Positions 1 to 13,300 of a stretch of 64,000 nucleotides of DNA are shown one piece after another. Under the pieces are notes generated by a model. That model was not told the origin of the DNA. It did no database searches and worked only from the letters and a program-made list of their open reading frames with translations. The DNA lies in contig OZ024740.1 in NCBI GenBank assembly GCA_964016885.1, positions 319,300,001 to 319,364,000 of the forward strand. The letters run 5' to 3'. The position numbers and the translations under genes are program-made. How positions within the stretch are numbered: position 1 is the stretch's first letter; the number at the start of each line of letters is the position of its first letter. The DNA comes from Eledone cirrhosa (taxonomy: Eukaryota).

Positions 1-606
1 GACTGTACCAATTTGAAGTCTTTCAACTACAATACTCACAACAAATAATCCAGGATTGTCTCGTCTATTTCCACACCTTACATTCTATCTGACATTCTAA
101 CGACTCTACCAATTCGAAGTCTTTCTACTACAATACTAACTTCAAATAATCCAGGATTGTCTCGTCTATTTCCACAACTTACATTCTATCTGACATTCTA
201 ACAACTCTACCAATTCGAAGTCTTTCTACTACAGTACTCACAACAAATAATCAAGGTTTGTATCGTCTATTTCCACAACTTACATTCTATCTGACATTCT
301 AACGACTGTACCAATTTGAAGTCTTTCAACTACAATACTCACAACAAATAATCCAGGATTGTCTCGTCTATTTCCACACCTTAGATTCTATCTGACATTC
401 TAACGACTCTACCAATTCGAAGTCTTTCTACTACAATACTAACTTCAAATAATCCAGGATTGTCTCGTCTATTTCCACAACTTACATTCTATCTGACATT
501 CTAACGACTCTACCAATTCGAAGTCTTTCTACTACAGTACTCACAACAAATAATCAAGGTTTGTATCGTCTATTTCCACAACTTACATTATATCTGACAT
601 TCTAAC
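1..606. repeat. 3-monomer (303 bp) tandem duplication
   Basis: The rare variant string GACTGTACCAATTTGAAGTCTTTCAAC occurs at 1 and 304; the ACAGTACT/AAGGTTTGTATC monomer also recurs 303 bp apart. Confidence 0.9.
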
Positions 607-707
607 GACTCTACCAATTCGAAGTCTTTCTACTACAATACTAACAACAAATAATCTAGGATTGTCTCGTCTATTTCCACAACTTACATTCTATCTGACA
701 TTCTAAC

Positions 708-1111
708 GACTCTACCAATTCGAAGTCTTTCTACTACAATACTCACAACAAATAATCCAGGATTGTCTCGTCTATTTCCACACCTTACATTTTATCTGAT
801 AATCTAACGACTCTACCCATAAGCTGTATTTCTACTACAATACTAACTTCAAATAATCCAGGATTGTCACGTCTATTTCCACAACTTACATTCTATCTGA
901 TATTCTAACGACTCTACCAATTCGAAGTCTTTCTACTACAATACTCACAACAAATAATCCAGGATTGTCTCGTCTATTTCCACACCTTACATTTTATCTG
1001 ATATTCTAACGACTCTACCCATAAGCTGTATTTCTACTACAATACTAACTTCAAATAATCCAGGATTGTCACGTCTATTTCCACAACTTACATTCTATCT
1101 GATATTCTAAC
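708..1111. repeat. 2-monomer (202 bp) tandem duplication
   Basis: The CACCTTACATTTTATCTGAT + CCCATAAGCTGTA pair starts at 781 and 983. Confidence 0.8.
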
Positions 1112-3929
1112 GACTCGACCAATTCGAAGTCTTTCTACTACAATACTCACAACAAATAATCAAGGATTGTAACGTCTATTTCCACAACTTACATTCTATC
1201 TGACATTCTAACGACTCTACCAATTCGAAGTCTTTCTACTACAATACTCACGACAAATAATCCAGGATTGTCTCGTCTATTTCCACACCTTACATTCTAT
1301 CTGACATTCTAACGACTCTACCAATTCGAAGTCTTTCTACTACAATACTCACAACAAATAATCCAGGATTGTCTCCTCTATTTCCACAACTTACATTCTA
1401 TCTGACATGCTAACGACTCTACGAATTCGCTGTATTTCTACTACAATACTCTCAACAAATAATCCAGCATAGTCTTGTCTATTTCCACAACACACATTCT
1501 AACTGACATTCTAACGACTCTACCAATTCGAAGTCTTTCTACTACAATACTCACAACAAATAATCCAGGATTGTCTCGTCTATTTCCACACCTTACATTC
1601 TATCTGACATTCTAACGACTCTACCAATTCGAAGTCTTTCTACTACAATACTCACAACAAATAATCCAGGATTGTCTCGTCTATTTCCACACCTTACATT
1701 TTATCTGATATTCTAACGACTCTACCCATAAGCTGTATTTCTACTACAATACTAACTTCAAATAATCCAGGATTGTCTCGTCTATTTCCACACCTTACAT
1801 TTTATCTGACGTTCTAACGATTCTACCCATTCGCTGTATTTCTACTAAAAACTAACTTCAAATAATCCAGGATTGTCTCGTCTGTTCCCACAACACACAT
1901 TGTATCTGACATTCTAACGACTCTACCAATTCGAAGTCTTTCTACTACAATACTCACAACAAATCATCCAGGATTGTCTCCTCTATTTCCACAACATACA
2001 TTCTATCTGACATTCAATCGACTCTATCAATTCGAAGTCTTTCTACTACAATACTAACAACAAATAATCCAGGATTGTCTCGTCTATTTCCACAAGTTAC
2101 ATTCTATCTGACATTCTAACGACTCTACCAATTCGAAGTCTTTCTACTACAATACTCACAACAAATAATCCAGAATTGTCTCGTCTATTTCCACAACTTA
2201 CATTCTATCTGACATTCTAACGACTCTACCAATTCGAAGTCTTTCTACTACAATACTAACAACAAATAATCTAGGATTGTCTCGTCTATTTCCACAACTT
2301 ACATTCTATCTGACATTCTAACCACTCTACCAATTCGAAGTCTTTCTACTACAATACTCACAACAAATAATCAAGGAGTGTATCGTCTATTTCCACAACT
2401 TACATTCTATCTGACATTCTAACGACTCTACCAATTCGAAGTCTTTCTACTACAATACTCACAACAAATAATCCAGGATTGTCTCGTCTATTTCCACACC
2501 TTACATCCTATCTGACATTCTAACGACTCTACCCATTCTCTGTATTTTTACTACAATACTAACTTCAAATAATCCGAGATTGTCTCGTCTATTTCCACAA
2601 CTTACATTCTATCTGACATTCTAACGACTCTACCAATTCGAAGTCTTTCTACTACAATACTAACAACAACTAATCTAGGATTGTCTCTTCTATTTCCACA
2701 ACTTACATTCTATCTAACATTCTAACGACTCTACCAATTTGAAGTCTTTCTACTACAATACTCACAACAAATAATCAAGGATTGTCTCGTCTATTTCCAC
2801 ACCTTACATTCTATCTGATATTCTAACGACTCTACCAATTCGAAGTCTTTCTACTACAATACTAACAACAAATAATTTAGGATTGTCTCGTTTATTTCCA
2901 CAACTTACATTCTATCTGACGTTCTAACGATTCTACCCATTCGCTGTATTTCTACTAAAATACTAACTTCAAATAATCCAGGATTGTCTCGTCTATTTCC
3001 ACAACCTACATTCCATCTCACATTCTAACGACTCTACCAATTCGAAGTCTTTCTACTACAGTACTCACAACAAATAATCAAGGTTTGTATCGTCTATTTC
3101 CACAACTTACATTCTATATGACATTCTAACGACTATACCAATTCGAAGTCTTTCTACTACAATACTCACAACAAATAATCAAGGATTGTAACGTCTATTT
3201 CCACAACTTACATTCTATCTGACATTCTAACGACTCTACCAATTCGAAGTCTTTCTACTACAATACTCACAACAAATAATCCAGGATTGTCTCGTCTATT
3301 TCCACACCTTACATTCTATCTGACATTCTAACGACTCTACCAATTCGATGTCTTCCTACTACAATACTCACAACAAATAATCCAGGATTGTCTCGTCTAT
3401 TTCCACAACTTACATACTATCTGACATTCTAACGACTCTACCAATTCGAAGTCTTTCTACTACAATACTAACTTTAAATAATCCAGGATTGTCTCCTCTA
3501 TTTCAACAACTTACATTCTATCTGATATTCGAACGACTCTACCAATTCGAAGTCTTTCTACTACAATACTCACAACAAATAATGCAGGATTGTCTCGTCT
3601 ATTTCCACAACTTACATTCTATCTGACATTCTAACGACTCTACAAATTCGAAGTCTTTCTACTACAATACTCACAACAAATAATCAAGGATTGTCTCGAC
3701 TATTTCCACAACGTACATTCTATCTGACATTCTAACGACTCTACCTATTCGAAGTTTTTCTACTACAATACTCACAACAAATAATCAAGGATTGTATCGT
3801 CTATTTCCACAACTTACCTTCTATCTGACATTCTAACGACTCTACCAATTTGAAGTCTTTCTACTACAATACTCACAACAAATAATCCAGAATTGTCTCG
3901 TCTATTTCCACAACTTACATTCTATCTGA

Positions 3930-6860
3930 CATTCTAACGACTCAATCAATTCGAAGTCTTTCTCCTACAATACTAACTTCAGATAATCCAGGATTGTCTC
4001 GTCTATTTCCACAACTTACATTCTATCTGACATTCTAACGACTCTACCAATTCGAAGTCTTTCTACTACAATACTAACAACAAATAATCTAGGATTGTCT
4101 CGTCTATTTCCACAACTTACATTCTATCTGACATTCTAACGACTGTACCAATTCGAAGCCTTTCTACTACAATACTCACAACAAATAATCCAGGATTGTC
4201 TCGTCTATTTCCACACCTTACATTCTATCTGACATTCTAACGACTCTACCAATTCGAAGTCTTTCTACTACAATACTAACTTCAAATAATCCAGGATTGT
4301 CTCGTCTATTTCCACAACTTACATTCTATCTGACATTCTAACGACTCTACCAATTCGAAGTCTTTATACTACAATACTAACAACAAATAATCTAGGATTG
4401 TCTCGTCTATTTCCACAACTTACATTCTATCTGACATTTTAACGACTCTACCAATTCGAAGACTTTCTACTACAATACTCACAACAAATAATCCAGGATT
4501 GTCTCGTCTATTTCCACACCTTACATTTTATCTGATATTCTAACGACTCTACGCATAAGCTGTATTTCTACTACAATACTAACTTCAAATAATCCAGGAT
4601 TGTCACGTCTATTTCCACAACTTACATACTATCTGATATTCTAACGACTCTACCAATTCGAAGTCTTTCTACCACAATACTAACAACAAATAATTTAGGA
4701 TTGTCTCGTCTATTTCCACAACTTACATTCTATCTGACGTTCTAACGATTCTACCCATTCGCTGTATTTCTACTAAAATACTAACTTCAAATAATCCAGG
4801 ATTGTCTCGTCTATTTCCACAACTTACATTCTATCTGACATTCTAACGACTCGACCAATTCGAAGTCTTTCTACTACAATACTCACAACAAATAATCAAG
4901 GATTGTAACGTCTATTTCCACAACTTACATTCTATCTGACATTCTAACGACTCTACCAATTCGAAGTCTTTCTACTACAATACTCACAACAAATAATCAA
5001 GGATTGTAACGTCTATTTCCACAACTTACATTCTATCTGACATTCTAACGACTCTACCAATTCGAAGTCTTTCTAATACAATACTCACAACAAATAATCC
5101 AGGATTGTCTCGTCTATTTCCACACCTTACATTCTATCTGACATTCTAACGACTCTACCAATTCGAAGTCTTTCTACTACAATACTCACAACAAATAATC
5201 CAGCATAGTCTTGTCGATTTCCACAACACACATTCTAACTGACATTCTAACGACTCTACCAATTCGCTGTATTTCTACTACAATACTCACAACAAATAAT
5301 CCAGCATAGTCTTGTCTATTTCCACAACACACATTCTAACTGACATTCTAACGACTCTACCAATTCGAAGTCTTTCTACCACAATACTCACAACAAATCA
5401 TCCAGGATTGTCTCCTCTATTTCCACAACATACATTCTATCTGACATTCAATCGACTCTATCAATTTGAAGTCTTTCTACTACAATACTAATAACAAATA
5501 ATCCAGGATTGTCTCGTCTATTTCCACAAGTTACATTCTATCTGACATTCTAACGACTCTACCAATTCGAAGTCTTTCTACTACAATACTCACAACAACT
5601 AATCCAGGATTGTCTCGTCTATTTCCACAACTTACATACTATCTGACATTCTAACGACTCTATCAATTCGAAGTCTTTTTACTACAATACTAACTTTAAA
5701 TAATCCAGGATTGTCTCCTCTATTTCAACAACTTACATTCTATCTGATATTCTAACGACTCTACCAATTCGAGGTCTTTCTACTACAATACTCACAACAA
5801 ATAATCCAGGATTGTCTCGTCTATATCCACACCTTACATTCTATCTGACATTCTAACGACTCTACCAATTCGCTGTATTTCTACTAAAATACTAACTTCA
5901 AATAATCCAGGATTGTCTCATCTATTTCCACAATTTACATTCTATCTGATATTCGAACGACTCTACCAATTCGAAGTATTTCTACTACAATACTAACAAC
6001 AAATAATGCAGGATTGTCTCGTCTATTTCCACAACTTACATTCTATCTAACATTCTAACGACTCTACCAAATTGAAGTCTTTCTACTACAATACTCACAA
6101 CAAATAATCAAGGATTGTCTCGTCTATATCCACACCTTACATTCTATCTGACATTCTAACGACTCTACCAATTCGCTGTATTTCTACTAAAATACTAACT
6201 TCAAATAATCCAGGATTGTCTCATCTATTTCCACAACTTACATTCTATGTAAAAGTCTAACGACTCTACCAATTCGAAGTCTTTCTACTACAATAGTAAC
6301 AACAACTAATCTAGGATTGTCTCGTCTATTTCCACAACTTACATTCTATCTAACATTCTAACGACTCTACCAATTTGAAGTCTTTCTACTACAATACTCA
6401 CAACAAATAATCAAGGATTGTCTCGTCTATTTCCACACCTTACATTCTATCTGATATTCTAACGACTCTACCCATTCGCTGTATTTCTACTACAATACTA
6501 ACTTCAAATAATCCAGGATTGTCACGTCTATTTCCACAACTTACATTCTATCTGATATTCTAACGACTCTACCAATTCGAAGTCTTTCTACTACAATACT
6601 AACAACAAATAATTTAGGATTGTCTCGTTTATTTCCACAACTTACATTCTATCTGACGTTCTAACGATTCTACCCATTCGCTGTTTTTCTACTAAAATAC
6701 TAACTTCAAATAATCCAGGATTGTCTCGTCTATTTCCACAACCTACATTCCATCTCACATTCTAACGACTCTACCAATTCGAAGTCTTTCTACTACAGTA
6801 CTCACAACAAATAATCAAGGTTTGTATCGTCTATTTCCACAACTTACATTCTATCTGACA
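3930..6860. repeat. About 29-monomer block repeated at ~14130-17060 (offset 10201 = 101 monomers) and partly at ~10640-12300 (offset 6363 = 63 monomers)
   Basis: Paired CAGCATAG-type monomers begin at 5200, 11563 and 15401; the private variant GACTCTACCAAATTGAAG is at 6060 and 16261; TCTCCTACAA...TTCAGAT is at 3961 and 14162. Confidence 0.85.
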
Positions 6861-9800
6861 TTCGAACGACTCTACCAATTCGATGTCTTTCTACTACAAT
6901 ACTAACAACAAATAATGCAGGATTGTCTCGTCTATTTCCACAACTTACATTCTATCTGACATTCTAACGACTCTACCAATTCGAAGTCTTTCTACTACAA
7001 TACTCACAACAAATAATCAAGGATTGTCTCGACTATTTCCACAACGTACATTCTATCTGACATTCTAACGACTCTACCTATTCGAAGTTTTTCTACTACA
7101 ATACTCACAACAAATAATCAAGGATTGTATCGTCTATTTCCACAACTTACATTCTATCTGACATTCTAACGACTCTACCAATTTGAAGTCTTTCTACTAC
7201 AATACTCACAACAAATAATCCAGAATTGTCTCGTCTATTTCCACAACTTACATTCTATCTGACATTCAAACGACTCTATCAATTCGAAGTCTTTCTCCTA
7301 CAATACTAACTTCAGATAATCCAGGATTGTCTCGTCTATTTCCACAACTTACATTCTATCTGACATTCTAACGACTCTACCAATTCGAAGTCTTTCTACT
7401 ACAATACTAACAACAAATAATCTAGGATTGTCTCGTCTATTTCCACAACTTGCATTCTATCTGACATTCTAACGACTGTACCAATTCGAAGCCTTTCTAC
7501 TACAATACTCACAACAAATAATCCAGGATTGTCTCGTCTATTTCCACACCTTACATTCTATCTGACATTCTAACGACTCTACCAATTCGAAGTCTTTCTA
7601 CTACAATACTAACTTCAAATAATCCAGGATTGTCTCGTCTATTTCCACAACTTACATTCTATCTGACATTCTAACGACTCTACCAATTCGAAGTCTTTAT
7701 ACTACAATACTAACAACAAATAATCTAGGATTGTCTCGTCTATTTCCACAACTTACATTCTATCTGACATTTTAACGACTCTACCAATTCGAAGTCTTTC
7801 TACTACAATACTCACAACAAATAATCCAGGATTGTCTCGTCTATTTCCACACCTTACATTTTATCTGATATTCTAACGACTCTACGCATAAGCTGTATTT
7901 CTACTACAATACTAACTTCAAATAATCCAGGATTGTCACGTCTATTTCCACAACTTACATACTATCTGATATTCTAACGACTCTACCAATTCGAAGTCTT
8001 TCTACCACAATACTAACAACAAATAATTTAGGATTGTCTCGTCTATTTCCACAACTTACATTCTATCTGACGTTCTAACGATTCTACCCATTCGCTGTAT
8101 TTCTACTAAAATACTAACTTCAAATAATCCAGGATTGTCTCGTCTATTTCCACAACTTACATTCTATCTGACATTCTAACGACTCGACCAATTCGAAGTC
8201 TTTCTACTACAATACTCACAACAAATAATCAAGGTTTGTCTCGTCTATATCCACACCTTACATTCTATCTGACATTCTAACGACTCTACCAATTCGCTGT
8301 ATTTCTACTAAAATACTAACTTCAAATAATCCAGGATTGTCTCATCTATTTCCACAACTTACATTCTATGTAAAAGTCTAACGACTCTACCAATTCGAAG
8401 TCTTTCTACTACAATAGTAACAACAACTAATCTAGGATTGTCTCGTCTATTTCCACAACTTACATTCTATCTAACATTCTAACGACTCTACCAATTTGAA
8501 GTCTTTCTACTACAATACTCACAACAAATAATCAAGGATTGTCTCGTCTATTTCCACACCTTACATTCTATCTGATATTCTAACGACTCTACCCATTCGC
8601 TGTATTTCTACTACAATACTAACTTCAAATAATCCAGGATTGTCACGTCTATTTCCACAACTTACATTCTATCTGATATTCTAACGACTCTACCAATTCG
8701 AAGTCTTTCTACTACAATACTAACAACAAATAATTTAGGATTGTCTCGTTTATTTCCACAACTTACATTCTATCTGACGTTCTAACGATTCTACCCATTC
8801 GCTGTTTTTCTACTAAAATACTAACTTCAAATAATCCAGGATTGTCTCGTCTATTTCCACAACCTACATTCCATCTCACATTCTAACGACTCTACCAATT
8901 CGAAGTCTTTCTACTACAGTACTCACAACAAATAATCAAGGTTTGTATCGTCTATTTCCACAACTTACATTCTATCTGACATTCGAACGACTCTACCAAT
9001 TCGATGTCTTTCTACTACAATACTAACAACAAATAATGCAGGATTGTCTCGTCTATTTCCACAACTTACATTCTATCTGACATTCTAACGACTCTACCAA
9101 TTCGAAGTCTTTCTACTACAATACTCACAACAAATAATCAAGGATTGTCTCGACTATTTCCACAACGTACATTCTATCTGACATTCTAACGACTCTACCT
9201 ATTCGAAGTTTTTCTACTACAATACTCACAACAAATAATCAAGGATTGTATCGTCTATTTCCACAACTTACATTCTATCTGACATTCTAACGACTCTACC
9301 AATTTGAAGTCTTTCTACTACAATACTCACAACAAATAATCCAGAATTGTCTCGTCTATTTCCACAACTTACATTCTATCTGACATTCAAACGACTCTAT
9401 CAATTCGAAGTCTTTCTCCTACAATACTAACTTCAGATAATCCAGGATTGTCTCGTCTATTTCCACAACTTACATTCTATCTGACATTCTAACGACTCTA
9501 CCAATTCGAAGTCTTTCTACTACAATACTAACAACAAATAATCTAGGATTGTCTCGTCTATTTCCACAACTTGCATTCTATCTGACATTCTAACGACTGT
9601 ACCAATTCGAAGCCTTTCTACTACAATACTCACAACAAATAATCCAGGATTGTCTCGTCTATTTCCACACCTTACATTCTATCTGACATTCTAACGACTC
9701 TACCAATTCGAAGTCTTTCTACTACAATACTAACTTCAAATAATCCAGGATTGTCTCGTCTATTTCCACAACTTACATTCTATCTGACATTCTAACGACT

Positions 9801-10350
9801 CTACCAATTCGAAGTCTTTATACTACAATACTAACAACAAATAATCTAGGATTGTCTCGTCTATTTCCACAACTTACATTCTATCTGACATTTTAACGAC
9901 TCTACCAATTCGAAGTCTTTCTACTACAATACTCACAACAAATAATCCAGGATTGTCTCGTCTATTTCCACACCTTACATTTTATCTGATATTCTAACGA
10001 CTCTACGCATAAGCTGTATTTCTACTACAATACTAACTTCAAATAATCCAGGATTGTCACGTCTATTTCCACAACTTACATACTATCTGATATTCTAACG
10101 ACTCTACCAATTCGAAGTATTTCTACCACAATACTAACAACAAATAATTTAGGATTGTCTCGTCTATTTCCACAACTTACATTCTATCTGACGTTCTAAC
10201 GATTCTGCCCATTCGCTGTATTTCTACTAAAATACTAACTTCAAATAATCCAGGATTGTCTCGTCTATTTCCACAACTTACATTCTATCTGACATTCTAA
10301 CGACTCGACCAATTCGAAGTCTTTCTACTACAATACTCACAACAAATAAT
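6110..10350. repeat. 21-monomer (2121 bp) near-identical tandem duplication
   Basis: Private variants lie 2121 bp apart: CATTCTATGTAAAAGTC 6241/8362, CTGTTTTTC 6681/8802, TGCATTC 7451/9572. The junction is near 8230. Confidence 0.92.
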
Positions 10351-13300
10351 CAAGGATTGTAACGTCTATTTCCACAACTTACATTCTATCTGACATTCTA
10401 ACGACTCTACCAATTCGAAGTCTTTCTACTACAATACTCACAACAAATAATCAAGGATTGTAACGTCTATTTCCACAACTTAAATTCTATCTGACATTCT
10501 AACGACTCTACCAATTCGAAGTCTTTCTAATACAATACTCACAACAAATAATCCAGGATTGTCTCCTCTATTTCAACAACTTACATTCTATCTGATATTC
10601 GAACGACTCTATCAATTCGAAGTCTTTCTCCTACAATACTAACTTCAGATAATCCAGGATTGTCTCGTCTATTTCCACAACTTACATTCTATCTGACATT
10701 CTAACGACTCTACCAATTCGAAGTCTTTATACTACAATACTAACAACAAATAATCTAGGATTGTCTCGTCTATTTCCACAACTTACATTCTATCTGACAT
10801 TTTAACGACTCTACCAATTCGAAGTCTTTCTACTACAATACTCACAACAAATAATCCAGGATTGTCTCGTCTATTTCCACACCTTACATTTTATCTGATA
10901 TTCTAACGACTCTACGCATAAGCTGTATTTCTACTACAATACTAACTTCAAATAATCCAGGATTGTCACGTCTATTTCCACAACTTACATACTATCTGAT
11001 ATTCTAACGACTCTACCAATTCGAAGTCTTTCTACCACAATACTAACAACAAATAATTTAGGATTGTCTCGTCTATTTCCACAACTTACATTCTATCTGA
11101 CGTTCTAACGATTCTACCCATTCGCTGTATTTCTACTAAAATACTAACTTCAAATAATCCAGGATTGTCTCGTCTATTTCCACAACTTACATTCTATCTG
11201 ACATTCTAACGACTCGACCAATTCGAAGTCTTTCTACTACAATACTCACAACAAATAATCAAGGATTGTAACGTCTATTTCCACAACTTACATTCTATCT
11301 GACATTCTAACGACTCTACCAATTCGAAGTCTTTCTACTACAATACTCACAACAAATAATCAAGGATTGTAACGTCTATTTCCACAACTTACATTCTATC
11401 TGACATTCTAACGACTCTACCAATTCGAAGTCTTTCTAATACAATACTCACAACAAATAATCCAGGATTGTCTCGTCTATTTCCACACCTTACATTCTAT
11501 CTGACATTCTAACGACTCTACCAATTCGAAGTCTTTCTACTACAATACTCACAACAAATAATCCTGCATAGTCTTGTCTATTTCCACAACACACATTCTA
11601 ACTGACATTCTAACGTCTCTACCAATTCGCTGTATTTCTACTACAATACTCACAACAAATAATCCAGCATAGTCTTGTCTATTTCCACAACACACATTCT
11701 AACTGACATTCTAACGACTCTACCAATTCGAAGTCTTTCTACCACAATACTCACAACAAATCATCCAGGATTGTCTCCTCTATTTCCACAACATACATTC
11801 TATCTGACATTCAATCGACTCTATCAATTTGAAGTCTTTCTACTACAATACTAATAACAAATAATCCAGGATTGTCTCGTCTATTTCCACAAGTTACATT
11901 CTATCTGACATTCTAACGACTCTACCAATTCGAAGTCTTTCTACTACAATACTCACAACAAATAATCCAGGATTGTCTCGTCTATTTCCACAACTTACAT
12001 ACTATCTGACATTCTAACGACTCTATCAATTCGAAGTCTTTTTACTACAATACTAACTTTAAATAATCCAGGATTGTCTCCTCTATTTCAACAACTTACA
12101 TTCTATCTGACATTCTAACGACTCTACCAATTCGAGGTCTTTCTACTACAATACTCACAACAAATAATCCAGGATTGTCTCGTCTATATCCACACCTTAC
12201 ATTCTATCTGACATTCTAACGACTCTACCAATTCGCTGTATTTCTACTAAAATACTAACTTCAAATAATCCAGGATTGTCTCATCTATTTCCACAATTTA
12301 CATTCTATCTGACATTCTAACGACTCTACCAATTCGCTGTATTTCTACTAAAATACTAACTTCAAATAATCCAGGATTGTCTCATCTATTTCCACAACTT
12401 ACATTCTATCTAAAAGTCTAACGACTCTACCAATTCGAAGTCTTTCTACTGCAATAGTAACAACAACTAATCTAGGATTGTCTCGTCTATTTCCACAACT
12501 TACATTCTATCTAACATTCTAACGACTCTACCAATTTGAAGTCTTTCTACTACAATACTCACAACAAATAATCAAGGATTGTCTCGTCTATTTCCACACC
12601 TTACATTCTATCTGATATTCTAACGACTCTACCAATTCGAAGTCTTTCTACTACAATACTAACAACAAATAATTTAGGATTGTCTCGTTTATTTCCACAA
12701 CTTACATTCTATCTGACGTTCTAACGATTCTACCCATTCGCTGTATTTCTACTAAAATACTAACTTCAAATAATCCAGGATTGTCTCGTCTATTTCCACA
12801 ACCTACATTCCATCTCACATTCTAACGACTCTACCAATTCGAAGTCTTTCTACTACAGTACTCACAACAAATAATCAAGGTTTGTATCGTCTATTTCCAC
12901 AACTTACATTCTATATGACATTCTAACGACGATACCAATTCGAAGTCTTTCTACTACAATACTCACAACAAATAATCAAGGATTGTAACGTCTATTTCCA
13001 CAACTTACATTCTATCTGACATTCTAACGACTCTACCAATTCGAAGTCTTTCTACTACAATACTCACAACAAATAATCCAGGATTGTCTCGTCTATTTCC
13101 ACACCTTACATCCTATCTGACATTCTAACGACTCTACCCATTCTCTGTATTTTTACTACAATACTAACTTCAAATAATCCGAGATTGTCTCGTCTATTTC
13201 CACAACTTACATTCTATCTGATATTCTAACGACTCTACCAATTCGAAGTCTTTCTACTACAATACTAACAACAAATAGTTTAGGATTGACTCGTTTATTT

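Noticed and set aside
103-119. CENP-B-box-like motif on the minus strand (CTTCGAATTGGTAGAGT)
   Set aside because: It shares TTCG and a displaced TTGG but lacks the required A and CGGG core positions of NTTCGNNNNANNCGGGN.
113-125. TTCGAA...TTC as a heat-shock element; CCWGG as a bacterial Dcm site
   Set aside because: The spacing does not fit alternating nGAAn units, and nothing in the window indicates a bacterial origin.
2876-2881. TTTAGG/TTAGG telomere-like word
   Set aside because: It is a single isolated word arising as a variant of TCCAGG in one monomer type and is never tandem.
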